This document shows positions 59,986 through 64,000 of a stretch of DNA of 64,000 nucleotides, piece by piece (within the stretch, counting starts at the first letter, position 1; each line of letters opens with the position of its first letter). The stretch is from Anaerolineae bacterium (GTDB lineage Bacteria > Chloroflexota > Anaerolineae > UBA1429). The position numbers and the translations under genes are program-made. The stretch covers positions 2,208,001-2,272,000 of the forward strand of contig OY776562.1 of assembly GCA_963675785.1 (NCBI GenBank), read 5' to 3'. The notes beneath the pieces were generated by a model that worked only from the letters and a program-made list of their open reading frames with translations, was not told the origin of the DNA and did not search any database.

Positions 59986-61423
59986 GGGCCGAGTCCTCCA
60001 AAGCCTCTACACAGACTTCTAGCCCCATACTGTGAGAGCCCTTGACAAGCACTGTATCGCCAAATTGGACGACATCGGCCAACGCCTGAACCGCCTCATC
60101 CGCCGAAGCAACTTGCATTACATTTGCCGCTGGCAATCCGACCTCTATTGCGGACTCTGCAAGCAGGCGTGCGCGCGTACCCACAGTCAATAGTTGATCG
60201 ACTCGCCCAAGGCAATGACGGCCGACCTCGCGATGCCCCACATCCTCAAGAGCGCCAAGTTCGAGCATATCGCCCAGAATAGCCACACGTCGCCCGGGCA
60301 TCTCGGCCAGCACATCGAGCGCCGCTTTCATTGAAGCCGGCCCCGCGTTATAGCTGTCATCCAGAATCCGTACGCCCTCGCGACCAACGCGTGGCACAAG
60401 CCTCAACCCATGCCCCTGAGCCACTAACCCGGCGGCAATTTGCTCCCAGTTCAAGCCCTCAATCAGGCCGACGGTTACAGCCAGCAGTGCCGCATTCACC
60501 GTATGGCGCCCAATGGTACTCGTCCGCAATTCCTGTTGGGTATCGTCCACATCGAAATCCTGCAGGCCAGACACATGTACGGTAAAGCGCATACCATCCA
60601 TGCCCAGATTTACGAACTCATCAGCACGAATATTGTTGTTCGCACCAAAACCGCACAGTATGCGAGATACGCCCTCAGCAAGAGGCATATCGGTCACACG
60701 CTCATCATCACCATTCAGTATGGCTACGCCACCAGCAGTCAAAGCACGCGGCAGCTCACTTTTGGCCTCAGCAATTCTCTCAATAGTTCCCAGGCGTTCC
60801 AAATGAAGCGGCTGCACGTTGGTAACTACACCCACATTGGGGCGAGCAATGCGACAAAGCAAGGCTATCTCGCCAAGGGCATACATGCCCATCTCGAGCA
60901 CAGCATGGGAATGTCGTTCTTCAAGCGCCATAAGGGTCAACGGCAGGCCGATCTCGTTGTTATGGTTGCCCTCACTCTTGAGCGTGCAGTATTTTTGCGA
61001 GAGAACCGAGGCGATAGCCTCTTTGGTCGTCGTTTTGCCAACACTGCCAGTAACAGCCACCACTTGCAGATCGCTGCGGCGCGCACGACGTGCTGTAGCC
61101 AACAACTGTAACGCCGCCAGGGTATCTTCTACAAGAATGGTTACCGGCCCTTGAATCTCATCGGGCGGTTCTGATACCTTGATACAGTCCACATCGTCGA
61201 TGGGACGAGAGATCAGAGCCGCAACGGCGCCTTCTCGAATAGCCGCGGCCACATAGCGATGGCCATCGGTTTTCTCTCCCAACAAGGCCACAAACAGGTC
61301 TCCCTGTTGAACCTCGCGGGAATCGATGCACACCCCCGAGATCACGACATCTCTGGCTCCAGCAGGTACCTTGAGACAACCGAGATCAAAAAGTACCTGC
61401 GCCAAATTCGTCAAGCCACTCAT
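59978..61423 (-). CDS. murF: UDP-MurNAc-tripeptide--D-Ala-D-Ala ligase
   Basis: DSR, DGH, TGSVGKTTTKE, NNEIGLPLT, LEMGM, DDSYNA.P.SM, GDMLELG, LVKGS. Confidence 0.96.
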   Translation of the reverse strand: MSGLTNLAQVLFDLGCLKVPAGARDVVISGVCIDSREVQQGDLFVALLGEKTDGHRYVAAAIREGAVAALISRPIDDVDCIKVSEPPDEIQGPVTILVEDTLAALQLLATARRARRSDLQVVAVTGSVGKTTTKEAIASVLSQKYCTLKSEGNHNNEIGLPLTLMALEERHSHAVLEMGMYALGEIALLCRIARPNVGVVTNVQPLHLERLGTIERIAEAKSELPRALTAGGVAILNGDDERVTDMPLAEGVSRILCGFGANNNIRADEFVNLGMDGMRFTVHVSGLQDFDVDDTQQELRTSTIGRHTVNAALLAVTVGLIEGLNWEQIAAGLVAQGHGLRLVPRVGREGVRILDDSYNAGPASMKAALDVLAEMPGRRVAILGDMLELGALEDVGHREVGRHCLGRVDQLLTVGTRARLLAESAIEVGLPAANVMQVASADEAVQALADVVQFGDTVLVKGSHSMGLEVCVEALEDSARG

Positions 61424-63147
61424 GATGATGTCGCCCCAACGGTATAGCTGTATGCCTGCGGTTTCAGGCCATAGTAATCGACGAGATATTGGGCCATATC
61501 GTGAAAAACGTCTTCCGTTGGATCAAAAAGCCAGTGCTGTGTCTCTGTCTTTTCCAACTTGACCAGAATAACGAATTGGGGATCAGGAAGAGGCCCATAG
61601 CCGATATAGATCATATAGGGCTCATCGTGCAGGTTGCCTGAATCGCCCGGCTCAGTCATTCGTCCCCACTGCGCCGCAAACGAATAGCCACTGGGGATGG
61701 CATCCGGCGTATTTTGTGCAGCAGAATTTGCCATCATGCCGGTAATATCAGCGCTTACCTGTTCAGAAACCACGCGCCGAACGGCAGTCGGCGATGTCTC
61801 AGTAGTCCCCGAATCCGTGCAAACTTCTTGAACGATGTATGGCCGCATCAAGATGCCGCCATTGGCCAGCGCCGCATAGGCGTTGACCAACTGAAGAGGC
61901 GTAACAGAAATCGCCTTGCCGATACTGTTACTGCCGAGCAAGCTCGTAGTCCACTCATCGCTGCCAGGAAAATAGACTGTACCCGCTGCTTCGCCGTACA
62001 AGTCAATGCCCGTGCGCTCGCCGAAACCAAACTCGCGAATCGATTCGTAGAATCGTGCCGATTGCAAAAGAGAAGCAACATAAGCCGTGCCCACATTGAG
62101 CGACTCGGACAGGATTCTGGACATAGAAGTTTCGCCATAAAAATCAGTGTTCTCATTCCAGATCGTCATTCCGCCGACGGTAATCTCGCCCCGATCGTCA
62201 TAAGTACTATTAGCCAGAACGACTCGCTCTTCCAGCCCCGCCGCCAGAGTAAGCGGTTTGAAGGTCGAGCGCGGCTCGAATATGTCACTAATCACCGTAT
62301 TCACATAGGCAGAAGAAGATGAGGCATTACCGTAATTGCCCGGATCATAAGTAGGCGAACAGGCCATAGTGATAATGGCGCCCGTATCTACATCCATCAC
62401 AACAATGTTACCAATTTCGGCACTGCTGGTATAGACGGCTTCAGCCAATAGTTCCTCGGCATAAGCCTGTACATTGCGATCGATGGTGAGGACAACGTCG
62501 CTCCCATCCTTCACTGGCACATAATCCTCTCTGGAGAAAGCCAGATCGCCGCCCATCACGTCGCTGACGGCATACCATGTACCATCCAAACCTTCGAGCT
62601 CGTCGTTATAACTGACCTCAATCCCGTACCGAGGAACAAAATCCCCTTCCCACAACTGGATAAAGCCAAGGACATTCGCTGCTAGCTGACCATTGGGATA
62701 AACGCGAGCACTTTTCTGTTCCAGCAGAAAAGCCGCGTAATCGAGATCCTCGATCTGCAGTGCCTGAGTCAAAGGCACATCATCAGCCACCAAAGAATAG
62801 TCTGTGGTCTCATCAGTCAGGGCAGCCACCATATCCTCAAAGGGCAGATCTAATATCTCTGAAAGTGTGACTGCCAGTTCTTCCACATCTTCCTCCCAGA
62901 TCATACTGGGAGAGCAGGTAATCTTGTACGAGCTGCTGCTAACAGCCAAAAGCTGCCCCGTGGCATCTAGGATGTTGCCACGTATGGCCTCAACAGTTTC
63001 GATCTCTACTGTAGATGTTTCTTCTGCATCCCAGGGGCGCAGCACTTGAATTTGTACAAGGCGCCCAGACATGACAAGGCCCACCGCCGCAAAAATCACA
63101 GCAACCAGATAAAGCCGGCTTGTCTGTCGCAAAGGGCCATCGTTCAT
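61420..63147 (-). CDS. ftsI: Class B PBP, FtsI-like, with a degenerate transpeptidase motif 3
   Basis: RGNILD, RVYP.G, G.E..YN..L.G, LTID..VQ; STFK (SxxK) and SLN (SxN) are present, but the KTG position reads QWG. Confidence 0.85.
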   Translation of the reverse strand: MNDGPLRQTSRLYLVAVIFAAVGLVMSGRLVQIQVLRPWDAEETSTVEIETVEAIRGNILDATGQLLAVSSSSYKITCSPSMIWEEDVEELAVTLSEILDLPFEDMVAALTDETTDYSLVADDVPLTQALQIEDLDYAAFLLEQKSARVYPNGQLAANVLGFIQLWEGDFVPRYGIEVSYNDELEGLDGTWYAVSDVMGGDLAFSREDYVPVKDGSDVVLTIDRNVQAYAEELLAEAVYTSSAEIGNIVVMDVDTGAIITMACSPTYDPGNYGNASSSSAYVNTVISDIFEPRSTFKPLTLAAGLEERVVLANSTYDDRGEITVGGMTIWNENTDFYGETSMSRILSESLNVGTAYVASLLQSARFYESIREFGFGERTGIDLYGEAAGTVYFPGSDEWTTSLLGSNSIGKAISVTPLQLVNAYAALANGGILMRPYIVQEVCTDSGTTETSPTAVRRVVSEQVSADITGMMANSAAQNTPDAIPSGYSFAAQWGRMTEPGDSGNLHDEPYMIYIGYGPLPDPQFVILVKLEKTETQHWLFDPTEDVFHDMAQYLVDYYGLKPQAYSYTVGATSS

Positions 63148-63162
63148 GCCATTAGCCGCCTG

Positions 63163-63651
63163 TTACTCTTCACTATCGGGGGGCTCAGCCACCCAGCCCA
63201 AATACTGTAAAAGTCTGCTGAACAAACTCGATTCAGCTGCATCACTATTTGTAGATGGAATATCTGCTACAGAAGAAGGCGACACAGAAGACTCTGCGAT
63301 TTCCTCCACGACAATCTCTACTACAGAGGCGTCATTGGCGCTGGTCAAGGTGTAGTCGTTCGCTTCTGCATAAGCCTCTATATCAGCCAAAGCGCTGGCC
63401 TGGGCGATTTCGGCATTCAGACCCGAGATCTCAAGCCGAAGCCGCTGCTTTTGCTCTTCCAGCAAGCGAACATCGTTACTGTAGCTAGCTACACGGCTGG
63501 TCTCTTCCAGGTTAAGCCAGGCTCCAATAGACAAAACGAGCAAAGTCAGGCCAAATACAAGCCAGCGACGCACATAGATATGCGTCCAGCCCCCACGAGA
63601 AAGCGGCCCGCCAGCCTGATAGAATATCTCTTTGTCGCGATCACTCGTCAT
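63163..63651 (-). CDS. FtsL-like protein
   Basis: Single TM followed by a coiled coil ([15 protein letters not shown]), located between rsmH and ftsI. Confidence 0.7.
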   Translation of the reverse strand: MTSDRDKEIFYQAGGPLSRGGWTHIYVRRWLVFGLTLLVLSIGAWLNLEETSRVASYSNDVRLLEEQKQRLRLEISGLNAEIAQASALADIEAYAEANDYTLTSANDASVVEIVVEEIAESSVSPSSVADIPSTNSDAAESSLFSRLLQYLGWVAEPPDSEE

Positions 63652-64000
63652 TTGCTGCCTCTTTCAGGGGCAGACAGCCTAGCTGCTATGCGCAGTCGAG
63701 AGCTCCGGCTTCGAGGATTCAGCGCGATCTCAGCCTCATCCGCCATAATCGGCTTCCTCGTCACCCGTTCAACTGTCGCCACATGATCACAAACACATTG
63801 AGGAACATGGGGCGGACAGATGCAATCCTGTGATTCTCGAACTATAAACTGCTTGACGATACGGTCTTCAAGCGAATGAAACGAGATTACCGCCAGCCGT
63901 CCTCCCGGCTTTAACAGGGAAACTGCTTGCGGCAGCACCTCAGTTAACTGATCGAGTTCTGTGTTTACAGCGATGCGCAGCCCCTGAAAGGTGCGTGTCG
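63648..64000 (-). CDS. rsmH: 16S rRNA m4C1402 methyltransferase RsmH (MraW), C-terminal part
   Basis: [15 protein letters not shown] at the window edge, [18 protein letters not shown] and [10 protein letters not shown]. Confidence 0.96.
   Translation of the reverse strand, partial: TRTFQGLRIAVNTELDQLTEVLPQAVSLLKPGGRLAVISFHSLEDRIVKQFIVRESQDCICPPHVPQCVCDHVATVERVTRKPIMADEAEIALNPRSRSSRLRIAARLSAPERGSK

Overview
A 64-kb core-chromosome window from a bacterium that looks like Chloroflexota (Anaerolineae-like). This is inferred from shortened 16S helices, a P/T-rich lipoprotein linker and gene content. Left to right: (1) fmt-lipB-Xaa-Pro peptidase, a DUF4870-like membrane protein and recJ. (2) A 17-kb nitrogen-assimilation cluster: a five-gene split (archaeal/Dehalococcoides-type) glutamate synthase, nadE, carA, a three-gene ABC exporter, carB, a PucR-family regulator and glnA. 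(3) An MFS transporter, rmlC, mtnA, an amidase, an NSS transporter, an FmdB-family protein and dtd. (4) A translationally coupled operon: ABC-F, CoaE with two extra TM helices, degenerate PyrK, an amidase lipoprotein and degenerate PyrD. (5) infA and a polytopic membrane protein. (6) Two tandem, apparently identical rRNA operons (16S-Ile-Ala-23S-5S). (7) nrdR and the dcw cluster from ftsZ to a partial rsmH. The best leads are a two-layer nitrogen-control circuit (an ANTAR dual-hairpin attenuator on the glt operon plus a PutR-like palindrome between pucR and glnA that recurs at the NSS transporter), a jointly degenerated PyrK/PyrD pair flanking a cell-wall amidase, an FtsI lacking the KTG motif, a perfect 32-bp palindrome centred on the infA -10 box, and 16S oddities (long purine-rich V1 insertion, 806R 3'-end mismatch). 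No CRISPR array, transposase or prophage was seen. All functional calls come from reading motifs by eye; no database searches were run.
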